Part shown: one piece after another, positions 20,901 to 31,488 of the stretch
How positions within the stretch are numbered: the stretch's first letter is position 1
Layout of the letters: every line of letters starts with the position of its first letter
Origin: Salisapilia sapeloensis CBS 127946
Lineage: Eukaryota; Protista; Oomycota
Direction: 5' to 3'
DNA: 64,000 bases
Assembly (NCBI GenBank): GCA_023334545.1
Contig: JAADVB010000013.1
Span: forward strand, 62,001 to 126,000
The notes under the pieces: model-generated
Told to the model about the DNA's origin: nothing
Databases searched by the model: none
The model's input: only the letters and a program-made list of their open reading frames with translations
Translations under genes and position numbers: made by a program

Positions 20901-23115
20901 TGAAAGTTATTATCGTCGACAGTTGAAGGAACTACGTAAAGTATTTGAGGAAGCTGATGCGGATGGAAATGGGCAGATATCACGAGACGAGTTCATGGAG
21001 GAAGTGGAAAGACGAAAACCTCGGTTATTGGCTTTCTTGCAAGCTGCGAAAGCGCCCATCAACGTCAGTAGTGACAACTTAGGCCAGCGTACGAAATCTG
21101 TAAAAGCTGTAAGCGTATTTGATGCGATTGAGACGGATGACAACGAATTGATTTCGTGGGAAGAGTTCGTCCAGTACTTTCGAAAGTATGTTGATTTGCT
21201 TGATACTACTGAAGGTGATGCAGAAGACAGCAACAAGGCGAACTCTGCAAAACAGAAGAAGCATGGCTGGGTTAAAGCTTCGCATGCTGATGCCAGTCGA
21301 CCGTATGGCGGCTGCAGATACATCCTCAAGCAGTGCACACACGAATCTGACGGAGAGTATGTCGAAATCTACCGAGGCACCAATACTCGGTACACTATAC
21401 ATGGTTTGGCCAGTGGTAGTACATTCCAATTTCGTGTGCAAGCGTACAATGAAGAAGACCTATATAGCTTACACAGTGAGCCTGTAATCGCGAACACACT
21501 CCTGCAGACTCCATCGGCTCCGTCCGTCGTAACAGGGAGTATCGCGGCGACGTCTCTCAAGCTGAAATGGGAATCTGCAACTTCCCGGCCGAGTTTATCT
21601 CGAGAATTAGCACAGTTACAAGCTAAAAAGGCATCTTCGTCAGCGAAAGTGGGCGCGAATTTAAAGAAAGCACGTGTAGGAGAGGATAGCATCACTCGTA
21701 TACTAAAGGAGTGGGCAAACGAGACTAGCATTGATGAAGGAAGTATTGACTACAGAGCACGCTTTGATCGCTATGACGTGGATAAAAGCGGGTATATCGA
21801 GCTTCCGGAGTTTAAGACGATGCTTGAAGAGCTTGGCGTAGCAGCCACGGACGAAAGACTCGCAGCGTACTTGGACAAGTATGATCTAGATAACGATGGT
21901 CGTATTTCATTTTCTGAGTTTGCTAAATGGTGGGATGCACCGGATGTACAATACGTTGTCAAGCGCGACGTCGGAGATGTGGGCTCCATGAGTGAATTGC
22001 CACGCAACGACAAATGCGGCATGTACAGTCCAGATCAAATGAAGATTGTCTCATATCGCGGGACGCATACGTCAAGTGTGATTAGTGGACTAGTACCGAA
22101 TACTTTCTACAAGTTCCGTCTGCGCACAGTATCAGCCCACGCTTCCAGCCAGCTGAGCGACTCCCTTGGCGTATGGACAGCACCAGACATCCCTTCCTCT
22201 ACTGGTCGCATCAGCGTGCTATCAGTGCAAGCGCAGATTCGATGGTACCCTGGTGAAAATGGTGCGTACAAGTACATTGTAGAGCGCAAGTTTATCGAAA
22301 CACTGGACCCATTGGCCATCAACGAAAAGCGCAATCGGCCTCGCTCTCCGAACAAAGCTGACGACTCCGACTCGTTCGACTGGCTGACAGCGTATGAAGG
22401 TGTGGACACTATTATCAAGCTTGTAAATCTCAAACCGAACTCAGTGTATCGCTTGCGAGTGTTCGCTGTGAATAGGAATGGTGTTCGCAGTGAACAGTCC
22501 ATGGTAACTCAAATGTGCACTACGACAAGAGAAGAGGAGAAACGCTACGGCATCCTTCGTCCAAGTGCTGCTGCCGACCAGTTCCCGATCGAGTGTGAGC
22601 GAGGTGACTTGGTAGTAGGAGACACGGCGCTTTTCAGTGAAAGACTGATCCGCCTACGGTCTGGTAAAATGACACAAGACGACGGGACGTACGATGTCCA
22701 GGTTCAATCCCAAACTCATCGTCTGTCACGTGCATCATCCATCACGAGTTACCGGAATTTGAACGAGTCTAGAGAAATCGCAGAAGCGGTTGGTGAGCGC
22801 ACGGTTGCCGCTCGTGTCACAGCTATCCGATCCCACGAAAAGCATGGTAGACTACTGACGCTGCAAGTTGTTTATTGTACCGTCCACATACAGGATGCTG
22901 GTCAAAATAACCCACCACATCGGCTATCCAGACAGCTTTCTGCTCGAAGTTTTAACGTAAAGGCGTTATCTGCTCGGGGTCCTCTATCCTCCGATTTGAT
23001 TCTACCAACGGATTTAAAAGTTACGAGGAGGGAAAAAGTCATGTTCCGGCACGACGTGTTTCGGACCGAATGGATTGACGAGGACGCTCGTCGAGTCGAA
23101 ACGTGGGATAGATAA
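17914..23115 (+). CDS. Giant multidomain protein (about 1,730 aa): Cys-rich N-terminus, PriCT-2-like motif, three EF-hand pairs and four FN3 domains
   Basis: Single intronless ORF whose first ATG is at 17914 (17866 is TTG). EF loops DTDGDGSISMTE, DADGNGQISRDE, ETDDNELISWEE, DVDKSGYIELPE and DLDNDGRISFSE. FN3 signatures GLQPSTKYGFRLRAFN, GLASGSTFQFRVQAYN, GLVPNTFYKFRLRTVS and NLKPNSVYRLRVFAVN. WEDVGRALK...LETWISWT...CRMLWESF resembles PriCT-2. Confidence 0.85.
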   Translation: MAFATKHDSLRHAKVATSRTSNGVFDNVDDLYDTNAFEDDGDPACNEIEDKKLSSKSGKSVKTQASVANGPSRNKSVFDVWVNRKDKYERTVDALHQLDINRAADDAQWFEVAVCLAATDCAVKIGRIPECDCPGICRDRSHAVVRQRTRCQCPAKKCAICNRCINTTPGSITDKMLEAIAPYAPANIQLANANPQQVLELASHIIRLGEGRYLEGSKICSAVLRMANLILQQCSVRTNENGKPIQRPCNCPLRSLAEAWTKWSTNYHTFAQAKLTKAEADQFSSGTKQMMDYDESTQTYYMTLKWHRAAKPQKGDTAKIAARRALTADQKKQNALFLKLCKRSWAQAQERVAELLQQRLSKLTDADEEDNQGSSKPTRSEIEMQVLHRIGIRRLLQWVEEDRETIANQKQEEQRDKLEGGVVAHRAWANRKDRLRVRLPDQEALPGTKQKPSKSRFDFSTGKGVVRPKKVDFPSTTVEIMQNSGLKYVHAMNEGFQGRGGDLEKCRELLKKKGYLRGGKNNDAKGNERTTKQDREQLRKLQYEAWITHKALEDKAVKFMQHIPKPLDMSNVETLEHSVSNLVEKRWEDVGRALKAVDRGLLETWISWTDGYHGAGRCRMLWESFPPIACDVHCTSSPIRDVFLKLIHRQNTDYKAAFMEHCSYKVRKAIARGEEELEDMTEEEQAERFAKMTPVEFVRLLRDLGIVLQTEEASRMATYFDTDGDGSISMTEFLQVVGDFRHSDCVGDTDVLLKNVCAWETVCHECGMLNAFQLTAGTTSSSSVRMRCELPGHAKRRALFPKRFPCHPEADLHHVKEIAPDRCSYAKWTNDKAIPFLKQLEIWSAEAREQLSLHNMVESGRSPAAPTLFRDEDDSLDPTTSLYLRWSPAKVDGFNGAAFYILESMGAEGSTTFRNNEYKEIYRDPKDYLDNDGKPRYKFVVRGLQPSTKYGFRLRAFNGFGASPYTIGYYFTNPATPPAPSILATTANSITVGWETESYYRRQLKELRKVFEEADADGNGQISRDEFMEEVERRKPRLLAFLQAAKAPINVSSDNLGQRTKSVKAVSVFDAIETDDNELISWEEFVQYFRKYVDLLDTTEGDAEDSNKANSAKQKKHGWVKASHADASRPYGGCRYILKQCTHESDGEYVEIYRGTNTRYTIHGLASGSTFQFRVQAYNEEDLYSLHSEPVIANTLLQTPSAPSVVTGSIAATSLKLKWESATSRPSLSRELAQLQAKKASSSAKVGANLKKARVGEDSITRILKEWANETSIDEGSIDYRARFDRYDVDKSGYIELPEFKTMLEELGVAATDERLAAYLDKYDLDNDGRISFSEFAKWWDAPDVQYVVKRDVGDVGSMSELPRNDKCGMYSPDQMKIVSYRGTHTSSVISGLVPNTFYKFRLRTVSAHASSQLSDSLGVWTAPDIPSSTGRISVLSVQAQIRWYPGENGAYKYIVERKFIETLDPLAINEKRNRPRSPNKADDSDSFDWLTAYEGVDTIIKLVNLKPNSVYRLRVFAVNRNGVRSEQSMVTQMCTTTREEEKRYGILRPSAAADQFPIECERGDLVVGDTALFSERLIRLRSGKMTQDDGTYDVQVQSQTHRLSRASSITSYRNLNESREIAEAVGERTVAARVTAIRSHEKHGRLLTLQVVYCTVHIQDAGQNNPPHRLSRQLSARSFNVKALSARGPLSSDLILPTDLKVTRREKVMFRHDVFRTEWIDEDARRVETWDR

Positions 23116-23184
23116 GACCGTAAGATAAAACAATAGCTTCTGTAGTAAGCACATGACTTGTACTGCTTCGTGTTTGCACTGGGT

Positions 23185-25341
23185 TTATGCCAGATCGATT
23201 TCGCGAATCAGTTCCGACAGCTCCGAGTCTACGTATGATGGTAGAGATGAACCCTTCCCTTTTCTCTTCCCTGCTTCCTTGAATCGCTTTAATGCGTCAT
23301 TTCCAGACACGTTGCTTTCGCCCGACTGCTTACGAACGAAGATGACGCTGTTTACATCTTGGTCCGTGGCTTTCAGACGGAAGACGGATGCGTTTTGCAC
23401 ACCTTCTGACGGCTTAAAAACGTCACGTAGTGTAGATAAGATCTGCTGATAGAGCTGTTTGTCACGGCATGAAACGTTGATCAAAAGCACTCCATCCGAT
23501 TCGAGCGAGGCGTACACTTGCTTTAAAAAGACTTCCTGCACAAACGAGACAGGTGGACAACTCATACCGACACTACGTTCCTTGGCATCAACATCGATGA
23601 CGATGGAGTCGTAGTGCTCCTTATCGGCTTGGGCTGTCGTGGCTATGTATTCGAGACCATCACCGACAATAACGTCCATCCGCTCATCCTGCTCAAAGCC
23701 AAAGTAGTCTTCAGCAATCGACACGACTTCCGGATCCAACTCGACTGCTGTCATAGATACGTTCGGAACATTGTCGTGAACGTACTTGGCCAATGCACCG
23801 CCGCCAAGGCCAATAAGTAGCGATTTGTGCTCCTTGTCTTGTGCATTCGCGAGGCAGGCTGCATGCAAAGCAGCGACCATGCCATTATGATAATCAAAGG
23901 CTAGGTAGGACTGGTCCACGACTTTGTTACCACCGTTCTTCTTCTTCTTCCGCTTGTTCCGTTTCTTCTTGGACTTGGAATCCGTTGCGGAAGTCTCTGC
24001 TTTTGCTTCCACAAGTCGTACTTCACTCTGTATCACACTGGTGTTCGAAAGGAAGATCAATCGGCGTAAATGATCTCCTGCATCGTCCACTTCTTCAATA
24101 AAGTATTCGCCACTTACCTGAGACTTGCCTTGATGCACGATATTACGTTTACCAAGTCCTTCATCCACTGTCAAGTATGGGATCTTCTCGTTCTTCGTCA
24201 ACGTCTCCGGCGCTAGTTCCATGATTTTACCATTCAACTCTTCCTGCACCTGATCTGTACTTTGGAAGACGTGGCCTCGACCGAGAGCAACCATAATCAG
24301 CCGACTGAAGCCAGCACCTTGACCCAGCTCCCATGCTCCTTCCTCTGTGGCAAACATCCACTCGGTCTCTCGACCTTGTGGGATGAGGAAGACAGCGCAA
24401 CTACCATTGTTTCCTTTCATGCTTACGTCCACTAGGCGCAACGTGAACCGAGGCACAGTGTTAGATGCCGCTCCTGCATCGTGCGAGATGAGCTCGACGA
24501 TTTCCTGCCGGCCGATCCGAAGCTGACGTAAAGTAACCTGCGTCATGGCGTACCATTGGGTAGCCTCGACTTCATGAATCAGCCACTGCTTTCTTTCGTC
24601 TCCATCCTTTGATGCGTACGTCTTCTCGTTGTAGGTGACAGTCTGCGGCACAGACTTCATGTCGGGTGAACACTTGATTGCCGAGATGAGGAAAGGAACA
24701 AACGGTTTACGAGCGTCTCGAGGCATTTCAGCAATCTTAACTCCCCATGCCATGTCATCAGATGCTCCAGGGTTGCAGCAGAACGTTAGCAAGTGGTCGA
24801 GGATAAAGTCCTGGGCCATGGAAACGCAAAAGTATTTTCCTCCGGGTGCCAAGACGCGCTTAATTTCACTCAGCATTTTCGTCGCATCTGCTCGAATGGC
24901 TTCTGTATTTTCAGCCATGAGTGCATCCAAAGCACCCTTATCCAGCACGACATCGAATGTCTCGTCTTTGAAGTCGTTCATATTGGTCATGTCCATCACT
25001 TTCCACTCCATCTCCGGATGCTTATTCTGCATCTCCTTGATGACCAAGTCACTGAAATCGATACTCACAAGGCTTTTAAACCCGTCCGAGTACAAGTCGT
25101 GACTAAGTGCAGAGTTACCGCATCCGACGACAAGAACCTTGAGCGACTGCTTCACTCTGCTCTGAAGCTTGTCATCGCTGGCTGCGGACGCTGCGAGGCT
25201 CAATTGATTGTACATTTCAGGACGTAGCTGTGCATATTCCCCGTACCATTCGAATGCCTGGTCATTACGCTTCCGGAAAAAGTCTTCCCAGTACTCTTTC
25301 TTGCGGAAATCACCATACTGCCGCGGTAGTAGATCGCTCAT
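23185..25341 (-). CDS. METTL13: eEF1A lysine and N-terminal methyltransferase (METTL13/FEAT)
   Basis: YGDFRKKEYWEDFF, FEWYG, VLVVGCGNS, DVVLDKGALDAL; CAVFLIPQGRETEWMF; second spermidine-synthase-like methyltransferase domain (LLIGLGGGAL, VELDPEV, IVIDVD). First ATG at 25341. Confidence 0.95.
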   Translation of the reverse strand: MSDLLPRQYGDFRKKEYWEDFFRKRNDQAFEWYGEYAQLRPEMYNQLSLAASAASDDKLQSRVKQSLKVLVVGCGNSALSHDLYSDGFKSLVSIDFSDLVIKEMQNKHPEMEWKVMDMTNMNDFKDETFDVVLDKGALDALMAENTEAIRADATKMLSEIKRVLAPGGKYFCVSMAQDFILDHLLTFCCNPGASDDMAWGVKIAEMPRDARKPFVPFLISAIKCSPDMKSVPQTVTYNEKTYASKDGDERKQWLIHEVEATQWYAMTQVTLRQLRIGRQEIVELISHDAGAASNTVPRFTLRLVDVSMKGNNGSCAVFLIPQGRETEWMFATEEGAWELGQGAGFSRLIMVALGRGHVFQSTDQVQEELNGKIMELAPETLTKNEKIPYLTVDEGLGKRNIVHQGKSQVSGEYFIEEVDDAGDHLRRLIFLSNTSVIQSEVRLVEAKAETSATDSKSKKKRNKRKKKKNGGNKVVDQSYLAFDYHNGMVAALHAACLANAQDKEHKSLLIGLGGGALAKYVHDNVPNVSMTAVELDPEVVSIAEDYFGFEQDERMDVIVGDGLEYIATTAQADKEHYDSIVIDVDAKERSVGMSCPPVSFVQEVFLKQVYASLESDGVLLINVSCRDKQLYQQILSTLRDVFKPSEGVQNASVFRLKATDQDVNSVIFVRKQSGESNVSGNDALKRFKEAGKRKGKGSSLPSYVDSELSELIREIDLA

Positions 25342-25454
25342 GGTGTCGACCTGATAAATTTGGTTTGGTTGGTGCACTTCTGGTGTCGCTTCCGAAAACC
25401 TTCTGTCAACCTTCGATCAGTTCGAGCGACTTCTGACACCAAATTTGGACACGA

Positions 25455-28400
25455 ATGAGCATGACGGAGCTCGCGTCGTTCGATGGGCTAGAAGACAACT
25501 TGGTGGCGATATTTAAACAGTTGGAACGTGCCAACGTTGAAAACGAGTCATCTGGACTTGATATGGAGCTTTTGGATGCTGGAGAAAGTATGGTTCCAGA
25601 GATGACGATTTCGAATGTCGTCACGAAATGGGTACACAACCTTCGGCATGCTTTTTATGGCAAAGGAGTGCCGAAGAAGAACAGCGGTGGCCGCTTCCTA
25701 CAGCTAGAAGAGGTTGTAATGTCCGCATTTGACCGGATTGGTCATGATGACAACGTGTGGAATTTCGCGGTAGAACTATTCTTGCACCTTGTCCAGCATG
25801 ACAAAGTTCAGAATGCTTCTGGTCATTTGAATTCGGAAAACGATAGACATCCAAAGGAGAAGGTTGACTCAGCGAATAAAAAAACGCTAACACGGAAGCA
25901 AAAGAAGAAAGAAAAAGCTGCTCGACCGAACGCGCCACTCATTTTCGTCGTTTTAAATGCACTGAAGAATTTGCATGAGAGGAGAAGTGTTGACAAAAGT
26001 ATTGAAGGTAGCAAAGGAAATGAAAGCAGTGTAAAGCTATTGGACTTCTGCAGACAATCACTTGAAGATCCAGTGTCATCGAACGACAAAATGGTGGTGG
26101 AAATCCTGGAGCTATTTCAGCAAGACGACATTACTGTCAGTACACTCCATGCCTTTGCCTCTCATTTAATTCTTAATCGCAGTTTCTCGTCTCTTATTCG
26201 ACTATACTCTGCATTTCCCGAAGCTGGATGGGATTATAGAGCAAGTCTGAATTCGATTGCACTGGAGAGAGATTGGGGATCTGCAGAGTTATTTGCATCT
26301 ACGTTTGAAGAGAAAGAAACAAGAGACTTAACAAAGCTTTTGGTGGAACAAGCGCTAGAGCTTTCCGAATACAAACGTGCGCATCGAATTGTACATAGCA
26401 GAGATCTGCGTGCAGAGTTTCCAGATGTAGACATGCTGTATAATCGCGACAGTTTAGCTCGACTTATGCATCGAAGACAGTGGCAGCTTGCTACATCGTT
26501 CGTTGGAAATGACAAAGCACTCCAAGAGGTCCTACTAGAAGGTATGGCACGAGCAGGTGAACAGGAGAAAGCAGTGGAGCTTGCTGAAGAGTTTGGAATG
26601 AAGAATTTTCGTCCAGCTCATTATCATGTGGATAAAAATTTGACGAGTGAAACGATCCCATCGGAATTTCTACCTTTTGAGCTAGATATCGAGCGTGATG
26701 TCTTCTTTTGTGATTCCGAAGACGCCGTTCGAATAGCTTACGAGTACATTTTCACACCAAAAGGAGTGGATGGAAGTACGCAAAAGTGCTGGAAAGCTGG
26801 AGACAACGTCGTAGGCCTAGATGTGGAATGGAAGCCTACGATTGGAAAAGATCCCAATGGTAGAACTCGACTTGGTACTAAACGACCAGCAAGTATTCTC
26901 CAAATTGCAGTGAAGTCCAGGGTGTTTATTGTGGATCTTCTTGCGCTTCATGTAAGTTAAAATACGCTTGGAAAATATTGGTTTCATGCATACTAATAAA
27001 AGTGCTATATGGTCATAGGAGAACGACTATTTACTGGATACGTTCCTACTGGACTTGTTTGTATCATCAGAATTGCTGAAGGTTGGCTTCGGGTTTAAAT
27101 CCGACCTCCAAAGTATGTTGTGCTATACTCATCAATTGGGAAAGTCGTGTACTTACAACCATTCTTATAGTGCTTCGTCGTACTTTTCCAGAGAGAAAGT
27201 CGTTTGCCTGCATCAAGCCATTCTTGGAGGTATTCGTTTTTATCATAGCAAACTGATTCTAGGTTAAGACAAAGCTGCGATAATGTTGTAGTTCAGCGCG
27301 GTGTCTGGCGCTGCAAAAAGTTTGTCCAAGGCCACATCAAAGTTCCTAGGCAAGCCTCTTGACAAAGTAAATGCCTTTCGATTCACGCCTTCGTATAGTC
27401 TAATACCACCTTTCGTCTACTAGGAAATGCAGACCTCCAATTGGGAAGCTCGACCACTGCGAAAGGATCAGCTTCGGTACGCAGCGATGGATGCTTTCAG
27501 CCTTGTGCAAATGACCAGAGAAATGTACGTCTCTGATAGACTTTTCAAAGCTCTATTTTATCGCTTAATTATAATGTCACTAGTGGATACGAACGCATTG
27601 GCTGTGATGTGACATGGGAAGACTTGATTTCTTGTATACATGAAATTTCCTACTCTAGTCGCATATCTGAAGACGAAGTTCAGAAGGCTGTTCGTAAAAG
27701 GCGAGAGTACCAAACGTTGTGGGCAAAAGGGATGGACACGGATTATACTTTACAATCGCGCGATATACGAATGCTGAACACATCTGATGTGGTTCAGTAT
27801 TGGAAAGATGAGAGTGAAAGAGCCAAAGATAATTCTCAAACGGATGCACAACTGCCATCAGATGCTGTCATTGACTGGAGTATACAAGTGCTACCTACAA
27901 GTGACCTTCATGAATTTACTACTGATGGCAAGACACCGGCCGGACATTCAGCTGTACTTATCAACAGCATTTGCTTTTTCGCAGGAGGTAAGAGCTTTGG
28001 TATTGATATGCTTATCTCTAGTTTAACGAATTTTATCGATAGACCAACCTTACGTGGCATGCTTGGAAGCTGGATCAAAGCTGGACATGGCATCCATTTC
28101 CCGCATATGTGGCGTCGGGAGACGGAAGGTTAAACTGGCGACGGCTTTACAGTGTGAATCTACATTCGGTGCACCACCCGGAACCATACCACCTTTTGGC
28201 CATCGACCACAAGAAGAGCTTGCAGACGACGCATCGAAATCGCCCCAGTCGATTCCAATCTTTGTGGACGAGCAGTTGACAAACTTTGAGTATGCTGTAG
28301 GTGGCTCTAGTAGCAACGAAAGACTACTAGTGTTCAGCATGTTGGCATTCATGAAGCTTATGAGTATCCAGTACGTCGGTCCTATTTCAACTGCTTCTGT

Positions 28401-28995
28401 TGCTCGAGCAAGCCAGGTGAGCACTAAGCCATCCGTTATTAACGCTGACGGATCGGAACAATCGAAAAAGTATCGCTTTATTGCTGATTCGATGGTCACT
28501 CGTGTCGGTCGCTGGTTACGTACGGTCGGCCTTGATGTCCTTTTTTGGGAAACAATGCCGCAGTCTTCACATACCGCTGGCATGAAAGATCGAAAGCAAG
28601 CTTTGTTGCAAGTGGCTGACCAAGAGGGAAGGATCTTGCTTACACGGGACAAAAAGCTTGTGGATAGGCGAGACGCTGGGGCATGTTTTCTGTTTTCAAA
28701 TGACGACCCATACGAGCAAATCCAGCAGTTGCGTCGTCACTTTGGCCTAGAGTTGGATGCAAGTGAAATTATGACACGATGTGCCAAGTGCAATGCCAAA
28801 GCACTCGCCCGCGTCGATAAAAATTATGTGAGAACGCAGACTGGTCTGGTGGCTGAGAAGGTTTTAAACAGAGTCGACGAGTTTTGGATCTGCCAGGAAT
28901 GTGACAAGATCTACTGGGAAGGTCCCAAATACAGCTCGACATATGCGAATATGCAAAAAATCTTCAACGGCGAGCGTGTGGACTTGAGCGATTAA
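25455..28995 (+). CDS. EXD3: EXD3/MUT-7-like protein: helical N-terminus, DEDDy 3'-5' exonuclease, YbaK/ProX-like domain and Mut7-C (PIN-like plus Zn ribbon); 7 exons
   Basis: ExoI GLDVEWKP, ExoII GFGFKSDL and ExoIII SNWEARPLRKDQLRYAAMDA, assembled across introns starting at about 26952, 27114, 27230, 27367, 27525 and 27988. YbaK-like segment (KLATALQCESTFGAPPGTIPPFGH...IFVDEQL). Mut7-C (RFIADSMVTRVGRWLRTVGLD; GRILLTRDKKL; RCAKCN...WICQECDKIYWEG). Confidence 0.88.
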
Positions 28996-29163
28996 GGTAC
29001 CTACTGAAGGACAAGGTCGGATGAAGAGTGCTCAAAGCATTGTAAAGCTCTGGACATAAATCCTATGAACATGAAAAGATTTGGAAATGGTAACCTACAT
29101 TTATCTTTGTGGAAGGTAATCGTTTCACAAGTTGAGAGAAAAGGTCGCTCGGTAGTTTCAAAC

Positions 29164-29170
29164 TCATTTT
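29164..29170 (+). promoter_or_regulatory. Possible oomycete initiator (INR, YCAYTYY) upstream of CFAP52
   Basis: TCATTTT about 60 nt upstream of the ATG at 29230. Short motif, so a chance match is possible. Confidence 0.25.
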
Positions 29171-29229
29171 TGCTGCTCGCTCTGACGGATCATTCGACCT
29201 CAAGAGCTAACCTCCGTGCTCTATCGTTC

Positions 29230-31335
29230 ATGTCTGACATTCGAGAACTCAAACTACGCCGTGTGATCGGGTACAACGGTATGTTATTTTCTTTCTGCAT
29301 GCAATAAATCGTACTCATTCGAACTCTCATTCTAGGTACTTATGGTGATACCCTCGTGTACACGACCGATGGGCATTTTCTAGTCTATTCGCTAGGTCTT
29401 GCTGTCGTTGTGAAGCATCTGCGGTCTGGTGCCCAGATCTTTCTCCGCGGACACTCGGACATTATCACATGTCTTGCCATATCTAATGATGGAACCCGTC
29501 TAGCCACTGGTCAGCTATGTAAGAGCCGTGGTAACAAGGCTCCTGTGCTTGTATGGGACTTGGAGAGAGCCACGCAGCATTTGGTGGAAGGAAACAATAA
29601 TAATGAAGTTCGCTCCTCTGGTCCAGCAGATTCCATCCTCTACCGACTCGTCCTCCACATGGGACGAGTGCAAGCGATATCATTTTCAGCTGAAGACTCT
29701 TACCTCTTTACTGTCGGTGGACAGGACGACAATGCTCTTGTGTGCTGGGATATGCAGAATGGTGAACCAATATGTGGCACTCCATCCGGGGACGACTCGA
29801 CGTTGGTGATCTCTTCCTTCCACAAGCGAGACAATGATACACTGCTCGTGACGGGAGGCAACTACGCCATTACCGTTTGGCGTGTTGACATCAAGCATCG
29901 CAAGTTCCATTCATTGAAAGCAAACGTCGGTAATTTGCGCAGGATCACGACCTGCATCAGTGTATCCCCAGATGACCGTACAGCTTACTGCGGTACAAAG
30001 ACTGGAGATCTGTTAGAGATCTTACTAGACTGCGACTTGACAAACTCAAACTGTGTCTTGCCTCCTGTTGGGACCCAAAAACCTCGTTATCATCGCACAA
30101 CAAAGGAGAGATTTAGCCAAGGCGTGACATCCCTCCTCGTTCACGACGACGAAGATAACCATCGCTTTCTACTTGTTGGCGCCGGCGATGGGACATTGGC
30201 AACACTTCGAATCGGCAGTATAAAGTCTGAGCATCCAAAATCAACGCCAATTCCGACTCATAGCGCCGATAAACTTGCCGGAAGCATAACTTCTATCTCT
30301 GAAGGCAAGCACGGAGATTTTTATGCCGGTACAAATCAATCGAACATGTACCAATTCCAACTTGTCGATCGCGGTGTCAAGCTTTCTTTGCGGTCGACTT
30401 GCCACTACACAAGCATCAATGATGTCGTGTTTCCATGCAGTCCTGATCGTGCTGAACGTGAAAATGCACAACTGTTCTTGACGGCAGCCAAGACGGACAT
30501 TCGGGTTTGGAATGCGGCGAAAAGTCAAGAGATTCTTCGTATTCAAGTGCCCAATCTCGTGTGCAACTGCCTTGAACTAACTCCTGACGGAGGTGTAATT
30601 GTAAGTGGATGGGACGACGGAAAAGTTCGAGCATTTTACCCTGAAAGTGGGAAGCTACGCTTTGTCATCCAAGATGCTCATAATGATGGAGTGACTGCTG
30701 TTGCAGTGTGCGCATCAGACTTTGAGTACGACAGTCGTGAATGGCGGCTTGTGACCGGAGGTGGTGACGGTCGAGTGCGTGTTTGGCGTATATCCGCAGC
30801 GCGACAGACGATGGAAGCATCTTTAAAGGAACACCGTGGTGCTGTTAATTCTATCCAGGTGGTCCGAGACGGCAGTGCTTGTGTAAGTGCTTCCTCTGAT
30901 GGGTCTTGCATCGTCTGGAACCTCGAGACATTCGTGCGTACACAAGCAATGTTCGCTTCCACTGTTTTCCGTCAAACACTGTATCACCCGGACGAAAGCC
31001 AGCTTATCACATGCGGTTCTGACCGCCGGCTCACCTACTTTGATGCTTTCGATGGAGAAGCTATTCGTCTCCTAGAAGAAGCGTCCGAGACAGAGTTACT
31101 AGCGATGGACATCGAAAAGAGCGGATCGTTTTTCGCTACTGGAGCGAGAGATGGCGCTCTAAAGCTATGGCACTACGACAATGGCGAGCCGATTGCAGTC
31201 GGAAGAGGACACAGCGAAGCCATCAATGCGGTAAAGATATCTCCAGACCGACGTGAAATCGTCACCGTTGGCGCAGAAGGAGCTGTGATGGTGTGGGAGA
31301 TGGACGAGGTAGCGATGAAGCAATTAAACGAGTGA
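29230..31335 (+). CDS. CFAP52: Cilia- and flagella-associated WD40 protein CFAP52 (WDR16), 2 exons
   Basis: MSDIRELKLRRVIGYNG, an intron at about 29279..29335, then WD40 repeats with family motifs (FLRGHSDIITCLAIS, CGTKTGD, IRVWN...EILRIQVPNLVCN, SGWDDGKVRAFYPESGKL, QLITCGSDR). Confidence 0.93.
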
Positions 31336-31488
31336 AGACAGCCTAAAGTCTTAATAGAAACGCTACTTGATTGAAATGTAACGACCATCACATCCGTTCG
31401 GACTCTCCAGCGACTTGGCTAACTGCATCGAGCCATCCTTATAATATATTTGAACACTCATGTCCACTTTCACGTACGTTGATAAGAG

